Part shown: positions 19,087-30,486 of the stretch, piece by piece
Layout of the letters: each line of letters opens with the position of its first letter
Position numbering within the stretch: position 1 is the first letter of the stretch
From: Acaryochloridaceae cyanobacterium VAR_48_metabat_390
Lineage (GTDB): Bacteria; Cyanobacteriota; Cyanobacteriia; Thermosynechococcales; Thermosynechococcaceae
Length of the DNA stretch: 30,486 nucleotides
NCBI GenBank assembly: GCA_031422435.1
Contig: JANPLU010000037.1
Coordinates: 1-30,486, forward strand
Reading direction: 5' to 3'
Made by a program: the position numbers and the translations under genes
Notes under the pieces: generated by a model
Database searches by the model: none
What the model was told of the DNA's origin: nothing
Seen by the model: only the letters and a program-made list of their open reading frames with translations

Positions 19087-19668
19087 TTAATTAATGCTTC
19101 GCAGAGCCAAGTCTTTTTGTGACTCTAGTTGACGCACCAATTTGACCTGCTGCTGAATCTGAGTCTTAAACACACCTGTATTTTGAGGCGGTTGGGTGAC
19201 GGCAAGTTCTAGGTCGATGCGGAGTTTGTTGTAGGCCTGCTCCAGCTTTTCAAGAATGCCGTAGGCCAATGCAATCTGAGAGCGACACAGGCTAGACTGC
19301 TGCTTAACCCCAACGGATCGCGTTAAGACACGCTCTACAATAATTTCGGAGTCTAGTAAGGTTTGGCGTTCTTGACCCAGAGCCGTTAGCGTTTCGCTAA
19401 TTTGGTTAAGGCAAACTTGCAGTCTGCGGCTAGAGAGCGCGACTTGGCGATCGTGGGCTTTGTGTTCGATGGGCGGGTTTTTGATAAAGCCCATAAACGA
19501 AACCACGCGCCCTGAGTTGGCATTGTAGATGCCTGCAAGCCGATTATCTGGCAGCAAAAAGACGGTTAGACGCTTAAGGGCATGAACTTTGAGCTGAATG
19601 AAACAGTGAGGGCAGACAAAGTCTTTGGCAAAAGGATAAATTTGACCGTTACAAGATGGACAAAACAT
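19087..19668 (-). CDS. Hypothetical protein with N-terminal zinc ribbon and C-terminal coiled coil
   Basis: CPSC...CPHC at the N-terminus; helical Q/L/E-rich C-terminal half. Confidence 0.7.
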   Translation of the reverse strand: MFCPSCNGQIYPFAKDFVCPHCFIQLKVHALKRLTVFLLPDNRLAGIYNANSGRVVSFMGFIKNPPIEHKAHDRQVALSSRRLQVCLNQISETLTALGQERQTLLDSEIIVERVLTRSVGVKQQSSLCRSQIALAYGILEKLEQAYNKLRIDLELAVTQPPQNTGVFKTQIQQQVKLVRQLESQKDLALRSIN

Positions 19669-19918
19669 AGAGCAGTCCTAAAATGAGCTTCACCGGATGG
19701 GCGTTACCCCAATCGAAAGAGTAGAAGCTGTCAGTCCCCGCATTATTCTCTGAAGAGAGTTAATTCTTACTATTGCATAGGAATTTAGGATTCGCCACTG
19801 CTTGAAAGCCGTCAGAGTTTTGCCTTGAGGCGTTGAGCGATCGCAGTTCAAGCCCAGAAAGACTAGCATGTTGAGACAGTACGCCAGTGGGCATTAAAGC
19901 CTTGGGGACATCAGCGCG

Positions 19919-20917
19919 ATGAATCAGGTTGACTACCTTCGGGTGAGTTTAGTAGATCGATGCAATTTTCGATGCCAATACTGTATGCCGGAGGGCGAAG
20001 ACCTCACGTTTTTGGCACGACCTGAGGTTTTGACCACGGCAGAACTGCTAAAGCTGCTGCGCGACGTAATGATGCCTGCTGGGTTTACGCGATTTCGCTT
20101 AACGGGGGGCGAGCCACTGATTCGAGCGGATGTAGTGGAAATTGTGAGGGAAATTTCTGCATTCCCAAACCTGCAAGATCTTTCTATGACCACCAATGGC
20201 TTTCTGCTAGGGAGCATGGCTCAGGACTTATACGATGCAGGGCTACGGCGCATCAATATCAGTCTCGATTCCTTGGTGCCAGAAACCTTTAACCAAATCA
20301 TTGGCTATCACACCCATACGCCAGCCGCACGATGGCAAAAAGTGTGGGATGGCATTCAAGTGGCCTGTCAGGTTGGGTTTAGTCCGCTGAAGCTGAATGT
20401 GGTGGTGATTCCTGGGGTAAATGACCATGAAGTGCTGAATTTGGCGGCGTTAAGCCTAGAGAAAGAATGGCACGTTCGCTTTATTGAATTTATGCCCATT
20501 GGCAATGCCGACCTGTTTGGAGAACGCGGCTGGGTTGCTTCTGAGGCACTGCGCCAGCAAATCCGCGATCGGTGGGGCTTAGAAACCAGTCAGGTGCGCG
20601 GCAATGGTCCAGCGGATGTATTCCGCATCCCTGGGGCAAAAGGAACCCTAGGATTCATCAGTCAGATGTCGGAATGCTTTTGCGATCGCTGTAACCGAAT
20701 GCGCCTGTCTGCCGATGGCTGGCTCCGGCCTTGTTTTCTCAATGAAACGGGGCAGATTGAATTGAAGACTATGCTGCGGAACGGTGTAAGCGTTGAAGAG
20801 ATGCGCGATCGCGTCCAGAACCTACTGGCATTAAAGCCCGAAATTAACTACAAGGGTCGGGATTCGGGCACCGTGAGCCAAACCTATACGCGCACCATGT
20901 CTCAGATTGGGGGTTGA
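19919..20917 (+). CDS. moaA: GTP 3',8-cyclase (molybdenum cofactor biosynthesis)
   Basis: Radical [28 protein letters not shown]-terminal MSQIGG. Confidence 0.98.
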   Translation: MNQVDYLRVSLVDRCNFRCQYCMPEGEDLTFLARPEVLTTAELLKLLRDVMMPAGFTRFRLTGGEPLIRADVVEIVREISAFPNLQDLSMTTNGFLLGSMAQDLYDAGLRRINISLDSLVPETFNQIIGYHTHTPAARWQKVWDGIQVACQVGFSPLKLNVVVIPGVNDHEVLNLAALSLEKEWHVRFIEFMPIGNADLFGERGWVASEALRQQIRDRWGLETSQVRGNGPADVFRIPGAKGTLGFISQMSECFCDRCNRMRLSADGWLRPCFLNETGQIELKTMLRNGVSVEEMRDRVQNLLALKPEINYKGRDSGTVSQTYTRTMSQIGG

Positions 20918-20990
20918 GATTGCCATTAGATTCCCGATAAGAATTTTGCATCAGGACTCTAGACTGGAGAATGGAGTTCACCCCAGTAAA

Positions 20991-22187
20991 ATGCGCACCA
21001 TTGCCGAAATTAATGAAAAGATCCAGCGGGGGATTGCGGTTGTTTGGACTGCCGAACAGCTTAAGACTCGCGTGGCTGAAGTGGGCATTCCCCAAGCGGC
21101 GACGGAAGTAGACGTGATTGTGACGGGCACGTTTGAGCCGATGGAGTCTTCTGGAGCCATATTGAACCTAGGCCATACCGACCCACCAATTAAAATTCGT
21201 CAGTGTTGGCTCGATAATGTGGCGGCTTACTCTGGGTTTGGAGCCGTCGATTTATACCTGGGTGCATCCCAATCGGCAGAATCCGCTGGCATGTCTGATG
21301 GCGACAGCGAAGAAGTGCGTGAACGGGGCGGGGGTCACGTCATTGAAGACCTTATTGCAGGTAAGCCTGTCCAGCTTCGTGCTACGGGGCAAAGTACAGA
21401 CTGCTACCCTCGCGCCGCGCTAGATACGGTCATTACCAAAGACACCATCAACCAGTTTTATTTGTTTAACCCGCGCAATCTTTACCAAAACTTTATTGTG
21501 GGCGTGAATGGGGGCGATCGCCCCCTCTATACCTACCTTGGCCCCCTCCAGCCGCGCCTAGGTAACGCCGTATATTCCAACACAGGGGCGTTATCCCCCT
21601 TACTCAACGACCCAAACCTGAGGCTGATTGGCATTGGTTCTCGCATTTTTATGGGCGGCGGCATTGGCTATATTACCTGGGAAGGTACCCAGCATTTCCC
21701 GCTCCAAAAACGTCGCTCTAACGATACCCCCATTGGCCCAGCGGCAACCCTTGCTCTGATTGGCGATGCCAAGCAAATGAACCCCAAATGGGTGCGCGGC
21801 TGCTACTTTAAGCAGTATGGGCCATCCCTCATGCTGGGTGTCGGGATTCCGTTTCCGGTTTTAGATGAAGACGTGGTGCGCCGCTGTGCGGTGACAGATG
21901 CGGAGCTAGTTGCCCCTATTATTGATTTCTCGATTCCTCGACGGGTCAGACCCACCTTTGGGCTGGTGAGCTACGCACAGCTTAAATCTGGCAAAATTAA
22001 AATTGAGAATAAGACCGTTCGGGTTGCGCCGTTAGCCAGCATTCCCCTGTCGCGGCAGGTGGCTTTAGAGCTAAAGCAGTGGATTGAGGATGGGAAGTTT
22101 TTGCTTACGGAACCTGTTGCGCCACTGTCGGGCGATCGCACTTTTATTCCCCAAGAAAGTTGGGGTTCACAAATGAACTTAGAGTGA
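20991..22187 (+). CDS. DUF39 homocysteine biosynthesis family protein (MA1821-like)
   Basis: MRTIAEINEKI start, VDVIVTGTF, GGGHVIEDL, TDCYPR, FNPRNLYQN, LSPLLNDP. Confidence 0.85.
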   Translation: MRTIAEINEKIQRGIAVVWTAEQLKTRVAEVGIPQAATEVDVIVTGTFEPMESSGAILNLGHTDPPIKIRQCWLDNVAAYSGFGAVDLYLGASQSAESAGMSDGDSEEVRERGGGHVIEDLIAGKPVQLRATGQSTDCYPRAALDTVITKDTINQFYLFNPRNLYQNFIVGVNGGDRPLYTYLGPLQPRLGNAVYSNTGALSPLLNDPNLRLIGIGSRIFMGGGIGYITWEGTQHFPLQKRRSNDTPIGPAATLALIGDAKQMNPKWVRGCYFKQYGPSLMLGVGIPFPVLDEDVVRRCAVTDAELVAPIIDFSIPRRVRPTFGLVSYAQLKSGKIKIENKTVRVAPLASIPLSRQVALELKQWIEDGKFLLTEPVAPLSGDRTFIPQESWGSQMNLE

Positions 22188-22252
22188 ACGCTGTGGATTC
22201 TGGCAAAAGTCTTGTTCGCAATGTTTAGGCTAATGAAGGACTGTTAATTGAC

Positions 22253-22888
22253 ATGGTAGAACCTACGCAGCTCAAGCCTGCACCCATTGCTCTGCCCATT
22301 AGCCTAATTGTGGGGCTAGGCAACCCTGGCGCAAAGTATGACCACACACGCCACAACATTGGATTTGATTTAGTGAATCGACTGGCAAAACGCTGGCACG
22401 TTTCGTTAACAGAACAGCGACGCTTTCAGGGCGAGTTGGGGGAGGGAACGGCGGCAGGGCAGCGGATTCGGCTGCTGAAGCCCAACACCTTTATGAATAA
22501 ATCGGGACAGTCGGTACGGGCGGTGTTGGACTGGTACAAGCTGATGCCGCAGCAGGTGCTGGTGCTTTACGACGATATGGATTTACCCGTCGGAAAGCTG
22601 CGGATTCGCCTCAGTGGTTCAGCAGGGGGGCACAACGGGATGAAATCTCTCATTGCGCATCTGGGCACCCAAGATTTTCCTCGGCTGCGGGTTGGCATTA
22701 GCAAAGTGTCTGATGTGGGCGTTGCCAAAGACACCATTTCCCACGTTCTAGGCAAATTTGCGCCAGACGAACTGCGCATTTTGCCAGAGGTGCTAGACCT
22801 ATCGGCAGATGCGGTTGAGGTGGCGCTGAGGCAAGGTACCGAGAAATCTATGAGCCTTTATAACGGGAGATCGGCTGGTGCATCGTAG
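22253..22888 (+). CDS. pth: Peptidyl-tRNA hydrolase
   Basis: LIVGLGNPG.KY..TRHNIGF, KPNTFMNKSG, GSAGGHNGMKS. Confidence 0.98.
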   Translation: MVEPTQLKPAPIALPISLIVGLGNPGAKYDHTRHNIGFDLVNRLAKRWHVSLTEQRRFQGELGEGTAAGQRIRLLKPNTFMNKSGQSVRAVLDWYKLMPQQVLVLYDDMDLPVGKLRIRLSGSAGGHNGMKSLIAHLGTQDFPRLRVGISKVSDVGVAKDTISHVLGKFAPDELRILPEVLDLSADAVEVALRQGTEKSMSLYNGRSAGAS

Positions 22889-22960
22889 CGACCGTTTCTA
22901 ATCAGATGCTGTATTTCTGAAGAAGGGCGCAAAGCCTTGTCCCCAAGCGAGCAAGTCTTC

Positions 22961-25582
22961 TTAGCTGCTGGTCAACACCTCAGATGGAAGCCGCTGAAAG
23001 CTCAGGCGATCATTGGCAACATCTACAAAAATAGTGTCACCATCTTTGTAGTCGCCCCGCAGAATACCTTTTGCCATCGTGGTTTCTAGCTCTCGCTGAA
23101 TTGTACGTTTGAGAGGACGTGCGCCATAGACGGGGTCGTAGCCCACTTCTGCCAGCAGATCTAGCGCCGCATCAGAGAGCTTAAGCGCCATCTTCCGCTC
23201 TTGCAGACGCTTCTCAAGTCGCTTAACCTGAAGCTTCACAATATTGCGAAGCTGATCTTTGCGGAGGCTATGGAAGATAATGAGTTCATCGACGCGATTC
23301 AAGAATTCTGGGCGGAAACTGCCTCGCAGGGTTTCTAATACCCGCTCCTGCATTTCACCGTAGCGGCTGTCATCCCCAGCCAAGTCGAGGATGTACTGCG
23401 AGCCGATATTGCTGGTCATGATGATGATGGCGTTTTTGAAATCTACCGTGCGGCCTTGGGAATCGGTGGCACGACCATCATCGAGAATTTGCAGCAGGAT
23501 GTTGAATACGTCGGGGTGAGCCTTCTCAATCTCATCAAACAGAATAACGGCGTAGGGTCTGCGCCGCACGGCTTCGGTGAGCTGCCCCCCTTCGTCATAG
23601 CCGACATACCCTGGAGGCGCACCGACTAAGCGAGACACAGAGTGTTTTTCCATGTACTCCGACATGTCGATCCGCACGATCGCCTCTTCGGTGTCAAACA
23701 TATAGGCGGCGAGTGCCTTGGCAAGCTCGGTTTTACCTACCCCTGTTGGCCCTAAGAAGATAAAGCTGGCGATGGGTCGGTTGGGGTCTGCTAGACCAGC
23801 TCGTGATCGCTGGATGGCATCTGCCACGGCGGTGACGGCTTCTTCTTGACCAATGACGCGCTGATGTAGCTCATCTTCGAGGTACAGCAGCTTTTCCATT
23901 TCAGACTGCACCAGTTTGGTTACGGGTATCCCTGTCCATTTGCCAATAATTTCGGCAATGTCGGCTTCGGTGACTTCCTCGCGCAGCATGGAGTGCCCCG
24001 TGGTTTGGGTTTGGGTAAGGTTGACTTCGGCCTGTTCTAAATCGCGCTGAAGGCTGGTGAGTTTGCCATACTTTAGCTCGGCAGCACGGTTGAGGTCGTA
24101 GTCGCGCTCGGCCTGCTGAATTTCAATATTGACGCGATCAATTTCTTCTTTAACGCTTTGGATCTGGTCAATGACATGCTTTTCAGACTGCCACTGCGCG
24201 TTGAGAGCAGACTGCTGCTCTTTCCAGTCCGCCATTTCTTTTTCAAGGCGCACTAGCCGCTCTTGAGAAGCGCGATCGCTTTCCTTTTGCAAAGACAGCC
24301 GCTCCATTTCAAGCTGAAGCACCTTGCGATCAATTTCGTCGAGTTCCTCTGGCTTGGAGGTAATCTCCATCTTAAGCTTGGCGGCGGCTTCGTCCATCAA
24401 ATCGATCGCCTTATCGGGCAAGAAGCGATCGCTGATATACCGCGTCGAGAGGGTTGCAGCAGCCACCAAGGCATTGTCAGAAATTTTGACCCCGTGGTGA
24501 ACTTCGTAACGTTCCTTTAGCCCGCGCAAAATTGAAATAGTGTCTTCAATGGTGGGCTGGTCAATAAAGACCTGCTGGAAGCGTCGCTCTAGCGCCGCAT
24601 CTTTTTCGATGTATTTGCGGTATTCATCTAGAGTAGTTGCGCCAATACAGCGCAGTTCACCCCGCGCCAGCATAGGCTTGAGCAGGTTGCCCGCATCCAT
24701 AGAGCCTTGGCTGGCACCTGCGCCGACCACAGTATGGATTTCATCAATAAATAGAATAATCTGACCATTAGATTCGGTAACTTCTTTAAGCACCGATTTA
24801 AGGCGTTCTTCAAATTCGCCTCTGTACTTTGCCCCTGCAATCAGTGCGCCCATGTCTAGGGTGATGAGCTGGCGATCGCGCAAAGACTCCGGCACGTCCC
24901 CCGCAAGGATGCGCTGGGCTAAGCCCTCGGCGATCGCCGTTTTGCCCACACCAGGCTCCCCAATCAGCACCGGATTATTTTTGGTGCGGCGAGACAGAAT
25001 TTGAATCGTGCGGCGAATTTCGTCATCTCGCCCAATCACAGGGTCGAGCTTGCCAGATTTCGCTAATGCAGTAAGGTCACGCCCGTATTTCTCAAGCGAT
25101 TCGTACTTGCCTTCAGGATTTTGATCCGTCACTTTTTGACTTCCCCGTATTTGCTCAATAACTTTTCGCAGTTTGTCTTCATCTAAGCCGACTTCCCGTA
25201 GCAGCCCCTGACCAAACCGATCATCTTTTGCATATGCCAGAATGAGATGCTCAATGGAAATGTACTCATCCTCAAAAGATTGGCGGTAGCCATCCGCGCG
25301 ATCTAGAAGCGTATCTAAACTGCGACCTAAGTAAACCGAGCTACTGGGCGTACTCAGCTTTGCTTGCTTGTGAATGAACTCGGCGGTTCGGTCTCTCAAC
25401 CGCTGGACGTTCACCTCCGCTTTATTAAAAATGCTGGCAGCTAAACCGTCTTGCTCTAAGAGTGCCTGAAGCAAATGCTCACTTTCAATCTGCTGCTGGT
25501 GCGCTTCCTTCACAATATCTGGGGTGCGAACCACGGCTTCCCAGGCTTTTTCGGTAAATTGGTTTGGATTTGTAGGCTGCAT
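22961..25582 (-). CDS. clpB: ATP-dependent disaggregase ClpB
   Basis: Two AAA+ modules ([16 protein letters not shown]), coiled-coil middle domain, GYVG pore loop. Confidence 0.98.
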   Translation of the reverse strand: MQPTNPNQFTEKAWEAVVRTPDIVKEAHQQQIESEHLLQALLEQDGLAASIFNKAEVNVQRLRDRTAEFIHKQAKLSTPSSSVYLGRSLDTLLDRADGYRQSFEDEYISIEHLILAYAKDDRFGQGLLREVGLDEDKLRKVIEQIRGSQKVTDQNPEGKYESLEKYGRDLTALAKSGKLDPVIGRDDEIRRTIQILSRRTKNNPVLIGEPGVGKTAIAEGLAQRILAGDVPESLRDRQLITLDMGALIAGAKYRGEFEERLKSVLKEVTESNGQIILFIDEIHTVVGAGASQGSMDAGNLLKPMLARGELRCIGATTLDEYRKYIEKDAALERRFQQVFIDQPTIEDTISILRGLKERYEVHHGVKISDNALVAAATLSTRYISDRFLPDKAIDLMDEAAAKLKMEITSKPEELDEIDRKVLQLEMERLSLQKESDRASQERLVRLEKEMADWKEQQSALNAQWQSEKHVIDQIQSVKEEIDRVNIEIQQAERDYDLNRAAELKYGKLTSLQRDLEQAEVNLTQTQTTGHSMLREEVTEADIAEIIGKWTGIPVTKLVQSEMEKLLYLEDELHQRVIGQEEAVTAVADAIQRSRAGLADPNRPIASFIFLGPTGVGKTELAKALAAYMFDTEEAIVRIDMSEYMEKHSVSRLVGAPPGYVGYDEGGQLTEAVRRRPYAVILFDEIEKAHPDVFNILLQILDDGRATDSQGRTVDFKNAIIIMTSNIGSQYILDLAGDDSRYGEMQERVLETLRGSFRPEFLNRVDELIIFHSLRKDQLRNIVKLQVKRLEKRLQERKMALKLSDAALDLLAEVGYDPVYGARPLKRTIQRELETTMAKGILRGDYKDGDTIFVDVANDRLSFQRLPSEVLTSS

Positions 25583-25856
25583 AGGTCATCGTTCCTTTCG
25601 GCACTGGCATCTGTAAGCTGTGCTGCTCTACAGTCCATTGTAGAGAGAGTGCAGAAATGCTTGGATCGGTGTTCTCACCTCTAAAGATAGGGGTTTACGA
25701 CTTTCTCTACGCTATTCAATTCAGTCTATTTCTTAATAGCCTCGGTAAAAGGTCAGTAGATGATGTTTTAAAGCTGTAGACAAGACTTTTCGATACCAAA
25801 AGCTGCCTGTGGCTCAGATTTCTGCACCGCAGGTTCAAAGCGCAACTCCCTCACGT

Positions 25857-26483
25857 TTATTTGATAAAAGTGGGGTGAAACTCTGGCAGCGTTCCAGTAC
25901 GGTTGATCGGCCAAAACCGAAATGAAGCACGACCCACGACGTCGTCTTTACTCACGAGCCCCCAGCACCGACCGTCATAGCTATTGTTGCGGTTGTCTCC
26001 TAAGACCAAAATGCTGTCCTTAGGAATGGTGACGGGCTTTGATAAAAAGGGCGGTGGGGGTGCCTGATCGCTGTTGGTACTCTGAGGCAGGCCACAGGCT
26101 TCAATGAGGGTTGGATCTCCATTGGCAACGTAGGCTTCTGAGAGGCGCTGATTGTTGACGTAAACGCCGCCGCTTTTGATTTCAACGCGATCGCCAGGGG
26201 TGCCAACCACTCGTTTAATAAAGGCATCGTGAAATCCTTGAGCTTTCAGTTCCTTCGTGGGGTTAAAAACCACAACATCCCCACGTTCTGGCGCTCGAAA
26301 ATAGTAGCTCAGTTTCTCAATAATAAGGCGATCGTTCACCTGAAGCGTCGGCTCCATCGAGCCAGAAGGAATGTAGCGTGCCTCCGCCACATAGGTACGG
26401 ATGCCAAACGCAAGCAGTAGACTTAGCCCAACGGTCTTAGCTGCCTCTAGCCACCAAGACTCTTCCTGAGATGATTTCGCCAT
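25857..26483 (-). CDS. lepB: Signal peptidase I
   Basis: [10 protein letters not shown] (catalytic Ser), FIKRVVG (catalytic Lys), [12 protein letters not shown]. Confidence 0.96.
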   Translation of the reverse strand: MAKSSQEESWWLEAAKTVGLSLLLAFGIRTYVAEARYIPSGSMEPTLQVNDRLIIEKLSYYFRAPERGDVVVFNPTKELKAQGFHDAFIKRVVGTPGDRVEIKSGGVYVNNQRLSEAYVANGDPTLIEACGLPQSTNSDQAPPPPFLSKPVTIPKDSILVLGDNRNNSYDGRCWGLVSKDDVVGRASFRFWPINRTGTLPEFHPTFIK

Positions 26484-26535
26484 AGATTTCGTTCAATCAG
26501 CCTTACGTCACTACAAACAGGTTGCCCAAGGAATT

Positions 26536-26566
26536 ATTTCAATGGGTCATTTCAATGGGGCATTTC
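26536..26566. repeat. 13-bp-period tandem repeat (~2.4 copies) in the lepB/ilvD divergent region
   Basis: ATTTCAATGGGTC ATTTCAATGGGGC ATTTC. Confidence 0.6.
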
Positions 26567-26753
26567 TAACCATTCTCTAAACATAGCGCGATCGCCCACG
26601 CTCTTGAGTCAAAGACTGACCACAACCAAACCCTCTTAAGCCAAGAGACGGGGATGCTCATTCCTCGGTTCCTCACATAGGGGTTCGTCTGTGACACGTT
26701 CAATGCAAGATTCTGCAAAAATAGAGGACAGGACTCTTAGGAACTACATCCCC

Positions 26754-28436
26754 ATGCCGGACAATCTTCGCAGCCAAGCCATTACCCAAGGAATTCAGCG
26801 ATCGCCCAATCGCGCCATGCTGCGCGCAGTCGGCTTTGGGGATGCTGACTTTACCAAGCCCATTGTGGGGCTTGCCAATGGATTTAGCACCATTACGCCC
26901 TGCAACATGGGCATTGATTCCCTTGCCACCCGTGCCGAGGTGGGGCTTAAAACCGCCGGAGCCATGCCCCAAAAGTTTGGCACCATCACCATCAGCGACG
27001 GCATTTCGATGGGCACTGAGGGGATGAAATACTCTTTGGTGTCTCGTGAGGTGATCGCAGACTCCATTGAAACCGTCTGTAGCGGTCAAAGTCTGGATGG
27101 TGTGTTGGCGATCGGCGGCTGTGACAAAAACATGCCCGGAGCCATGATCGCCATGGCGCGTCTGAATATTCCGGCCATTTTTGTCTACGGCGGCACCATT
27201 AAGCCAGGGCATTATAATGGCAAAGACCTAACCGTGGTCAGCTCCTTTGAGGCCGTCGGGCAGTACAGCGCGGGTCGCATTGACGAAGCAGAATTGACCG
27301 CCATTGAGCGCAATGCCTGTCCAGGGGCGGGTTCTTGCGGCGGCATGTTTACCGCCAACACCATGTCTTCAGCCTTTGAGGCGATGGGCATGAGCCTCAT
27401 GTATTCCTCCACGATGGCAGCAGAGGATCAGGAGAAGGCCGACAGTGCTGAAAAGTCTGCCTTTGCGCTCGTTGAAGCCATTCGCAAACAAATTTTACCC
27501 AGCCACATTCTCACGCGCAAAGCTTTTGAAAATGCGATCGCCGTCATCATGGCGGTGGGTGGCTCCACCAATTCGGTGCTGCATTTATTGGCGATCGCCC
27601 GTGCCATCGGCGTGGAGCTAATTTTGGACGATTTTGAAACCATTCGCGCCAAGGTTCCGGTGCTGTGTGACCTAAAACCTTCAGGACGCTACGTCGCCAC
27701 CGACCTTCACAGAGCAGGCGGCGTCCCTCAAGTCATGAAAATGCTGCTGGCTCACGGACTCCTCCACGGCGATGCCCTTACCATTACGGGGCAAACGGTC
27801 GCCGAGCTACTCGCAGAGATTCCCGAAGTACCTAGAGCAGATCAGGATGTAATTCGACCTTGGGAAAACCCCATGTACGCTCAAGGCCATCTCGCCATTC
27901 TGAAGGGCAACCTCGCCACCGAAGGGGCAGTGGCTAAAATTACGGGGGTCAAAAAGCCTGTTATTACAGGACCTGCCCGCGTCTTTGAATCTGAAGAAGA
28001 ATGCTTGGCGGCAATTCTAGACAACAAGATTCAGGCCGGAGACGTGATTGTAATCCGCTATGAAGGCCCTAAAGGTGGCCCTGGGATGAGAGAAATGCTT
28101 GCGCCCACCTCCGCCATCATTGGCGCTGGCCTAGGAGATTCTGTGGGACTCATCACCGACGGACGCTTTTCTGGCGGCACCTACGGGATGGTGGTGGGTC
28201 ATGTGGCACCAGAGGCTGCGGTGGGAGGGGCGATCGCCCTTGTGCAAGAAGGCGACACCATCACCATTGATGCCCCTGCGCGGAAGCTAGAGCTGCAAGT
28301 TTCTGATGTAGAACTAGCGCAACGCCGCGCTAACTGGCAGCCTCGCCCGCCGCGCTACACCCAAGGCATATTGGCAAAATATGCCAAACTGGTGGCCTCT
28401 AGCAGCATGGGGGCAGTTACAGACCTCAACCTGTAG
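26754..28436 (+). CDS. ilvD: Dihydroxy-acid dehydratase
   Basis: [46 protein letters not shown] 26754 preferred. Confidence 0.98.
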   Translation: MPDNLRSQAITQGIQRSPNRAMLRAVGFGDADFTKPIVGLANGFSTITPCNMGIDSLATRAEVGLKTAGAMPQKFGTITISDGISMGTEGMKYSLVSREVIADSIETVCSGQSLDGVLAIGGCDKNMPGAMIAMARLNIPAIFVYGGTIKPGHYNGKDLTVVSSFEAVGQYSAGRIDEAELTAIERNACPGAGSCGGMFTANTMSSAFEAMGMSLMYSSTMAAEDQEKADSAEKSAFALVEAIRKQILPSHILTRKAFENAIAVIMAVGGSTNSVLHLLAIARAIGVELILDDFETIRAKVPVLCDLKPSGRYVATDLHRAGGVPQVMKMLLAHGLLHGDALTITGQTVAELLAEIPEVPRADQDVIRPWENPMYAQGHLAILKGNLATEGAVAKITGVKKPVITGPARVFESEEECLAAILDNKIQAGDVIVIRYEGPKGGPGMREMLAPTSAIIGAGLGDSVGLITDGRFSGGTYGMVVGHVAPEAAVGGAIALVQEGDTITIDAPARKLELQVSDVELAQRRANWQPRPPRYTQGILAKYAKLVASSSMGAVTDLNL

Positions 28437-28452
28437 CCGCTCGTAAAAGTCT

Positions 28453-30366
28453 CTACGGCGCACTCGGTCGCTCAAACTTAGATGCAGGGGTAAAGTCCAT
28501 TACAGGCTGCCCCTGCATAGCGCGGCTCATAAAATCCCGCCAGATCGGAGCCATAATGCCGCCCCCAGTCACACCTCGCCCTAGAGGGGTATAGTTGTCG
28601 TTTCCAGCCCACACCACTGCCGCAAGCTGAGGTACAAATCCTCCAAACCAAATATCTCGTTCTGAGGACGTAGTGCCCGTTTTTCCACCTGCGGGGCGAC
28701 CGAAGTAAGCAGCCTTCCCAGTTCCGCCGTTCACCACGGCCTGCATTGTGTCTACCAAAGATGCGGTCGCCCAAGGGTCAAGCACCAGCTTGCGCTGAGG
28801 GGTGTTGTTCAACATCACCCGTCCCGCCCCATCTGTAACCTGAAGAACGGCAGTCGGATCGGACTGCCATCCGTTGCTGGCAAACGTGGCATAGGCTGAG
28901 GCCATTTCTAGAGGGGTAAGGTCTACTGCCCCCAAAGGGAGCGAAATCACAGGGGCGATCGGGCTTCTGATGCCCAAAACGCGGCAGATATCAATCACTT
29001 TCTCAAGCCCTACCGTTTGACCCAGCACAACCGCCGGAATGTTGCGAGATTGCGCCAAAGCCTGACGAACCGTCATTCCACCCGCAAAGGTACGGTCATA
29101 GTTTTGAGGAGCATAGCGCTCTCCACTGCCGTCATCGTAGCTAACGGGGCTGTCATTAATAATAGAATCTGGCGTGTACTTCCCAGAGGCAAAAGCCGCG
29201 TAAAACACAAAGGGTTTAAAAGACGACCCAGGCTGACGCTGGGCTTGAGTCACGCGGTTAAAAGAGGTTTTGTTGCTGTCTACCCCGCCCACAATAGCCT
29301 TAATAAAGTGAGTGCGCGGGTCAACGGCTACTAGCGCAAGCTGATCTGCTTGCCCTTGAAGAACCCCGCTCCCATAGCGCACAGAATCTTCTGCCAACTG
29401 CTGCATCTTCCAGTCCACCGTAGACTGCACCCGCATCCCGCCGCGCTGGACGGCTTCTTTGCCAAATTTATCGGTTAGCTCTTTAACCACTGTATTGGTC
29501 ACAAAAGGGGACGTGCTTCTCTGGAAGGAAGTGACATGTCCAAACTTGAGCGGCTGCGCTTTAGTCGTTTCAGATTCTTCTAGCGTAATCCAGTTAAGCG
29601 CTACCATGCGATCTAGCACGATTACCTGCTGGCGTTTGGCAGCTTTAAAATCGAAAAATGGACTGTACTGCTCTGGTGCTTTAATGATACCTGCCATCAA
29701 GGCCGCTTCGGCAAGGTTCAGGTCTGCCGCAGGCTTATTAAAGTAGCTGAGGGCAGCGGTTTCAGCGCCGTAGGTGTTGTGTCCCCAATAGATTTGATTG
29801 AGGTACATCTCTAATACTTCGTCTTTCTTAAAGAGTTTTTCAACCCGCATCGCTAAGACGGCTTCGGTGATTTTGCGGCTAATTTGTTCGCGGGGGGTTA
29901 AAAACAGATTCTTAACCAACTGCTGCGTTAGGGTTGAAGCGCCTTCTACAGTGCGCCCCTGTTTTAAGTTAACCAGGGTCGCCCGCACAATTCCAACGGG
30001 GTTAACGCCTGAGTGCTGGTAAAAGTTGCTGTCTTCAATGGCAAGAACAGCCAGCTTGAGCTGGGGCGAAATTTTATCGAGGGGGACGACTTCTCGATTT
30101 TCTTCTCCGTGGAGGCTGGCTAGGACTTTACCGTTGATGTCATAAATGTAGGTTGTTTCGCTGGGCACATAGCCTTTTAGCGATCGCACATCCGGCAAAT
30201 TTCGGTAGCTTATGGCTAAGCCGACTAAGACCCCTGCCAAGGCCGTGACGCCCAGCATTGAGGTCACGAGGACTGTAGAACTGGCAGCCTTAATTGTAGA
30301 AGGCCAAAAGCCATCCTGGGCGTTAGAAGGATTCAAAGGCTTATGACGAATTGCTTTAGTGGACAC
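28453..30366 (-). CDS. Class A penicillin-binding protein (PBP1A family)
   Basis: Transglycosylase motifs EDSNFYQH, GASTLTQQL, RKITE; transpeptidase motifs SSFK, SRN, KTG. Confidence 0.96.
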   Translation of the reverse strand: MSTKAIRHKPLNPSNAQDGFWPSTIKAASSTVLVTSMLGVTALAGVLVGLAISYRNLPDVRSLKGYVPSETTYIYDINGKVLASLHGEENREVVPLDKISPQLKLAVLAIEDSNFYQHSGVNPVGIVRATLVNLKQGRTVEGASTLTQQLVKNLFLTPREQISRKITEAVLAMRVEKLFKKDEVLEMYLNQIYWGHNTYGAETAALSYFNKPAADLNLAEAALMAGIIKAPEQYSPFFDFKAAKRQQVIVLDRMVALNWITLEESETTKAQPLKFGHVTSFQRSTSPFVTNTVVKELTDKFGKEAVQRGGMRVQSTVDWKMQQLAEDSVRYGSGVLQGQADQLALVAVDPRTHFIKAIVGGVDSNKTSFNRVTQAQRQPGSSFKPFVFYAAFASGKYTPDSIINDSPVSYDDGSGERYAPQNYDRTFAGGMTVRQALAQSRNIPAVVLGQTVGLEKVIDICRVLGIRSPIAPVISLPLGAVDLTPLEMASAYATFASNGWQSDPTAVLQVTDGAGRVMLNNTPQRKLVLDPWATASLVDTMQAVVNGGTGKAAYFGRPAGGKTGTTSSERDIWFGGFVPQLAAVVWAGNDNYTPLGRGVTGGGIMAPIWRDFMSRAMQGQPVMDFTPASKFERPSAP

Positions 30367-30486
30367 TGCTGCTGTAATTCCTGTGTGCAGAACCGATCAA
30401 AATACTTTAGTCGTGAAGCGGCTTAAGTGAAGCCAATATCCCCGCAGAATGATTAAACCACAGCCTCAAAAACAGTCGACCCTGAC

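Noticed and set aside
25583..25856. CIRCE heat-shock element upstream of clpB
   Set aside because: No TTAGCACTC-N9-GAGTGCTAA match found.
26665..26685. GTTCCTCACAT as a Yfr1 sRNA motif
   Set aside because: Imperfect match to ACTCCTCACAC and no clear flanking terminator hairpin.
17259..30022. Many short alternative-frame or antisense ORFs inside rbcL, moaA, clpB, ilvD and PBP1A (e.g. 26700-27212 minus)
   Set aside because: They overlap well-conserved genes, lack recognisable motifs, and are expected shadows of codon bias.

Overview
Cyanobacterial chromosomal window. Evidence: many HIP1 GCGATCGC octamers, a Form IB rbcL-rbcX-rbcS operon, plastocyanin and phycoerythrin genes. Most of it is housekeeping DNA: rlmB end, DUF1816, alpha/beta hydrolase, YdcF, TPR, rhomboid, ycf55-like, petE, doxX, VOC, DUF1499, rbcLXS, moaA, DUF39, pth, clpB, lepB, ilvD and PBP1A. 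Two parts stand out. (1) An AT-rich accessory islet (~4.93-8.9 kb) carries an unknown ORF, a NucS/DUF91-like PD-(D/E)XK nuclease with an extra C-terminal domain, an intact PrlF-YhaV toxin-antitoxin pair, and a YefM-YoeB pair with a frameshifted antitoxin. (2) In the phycoerythrin cluster cpeF-[cpeB]-cpeA-cpeY-cpeZ, cpeB appears almost entirely deleted: a cpeBA-like promoter is joined to a 9-codon cpeB-like tail, FDRVILTLN*. The remaining full-length cpeA keeps Cys82, has lost the chromophore site Cys139 and has gained Cys142. Family assignments come from recalled motifs, not database searches. I recognised no tRNA, rRNA, CRISPR array or transposase.
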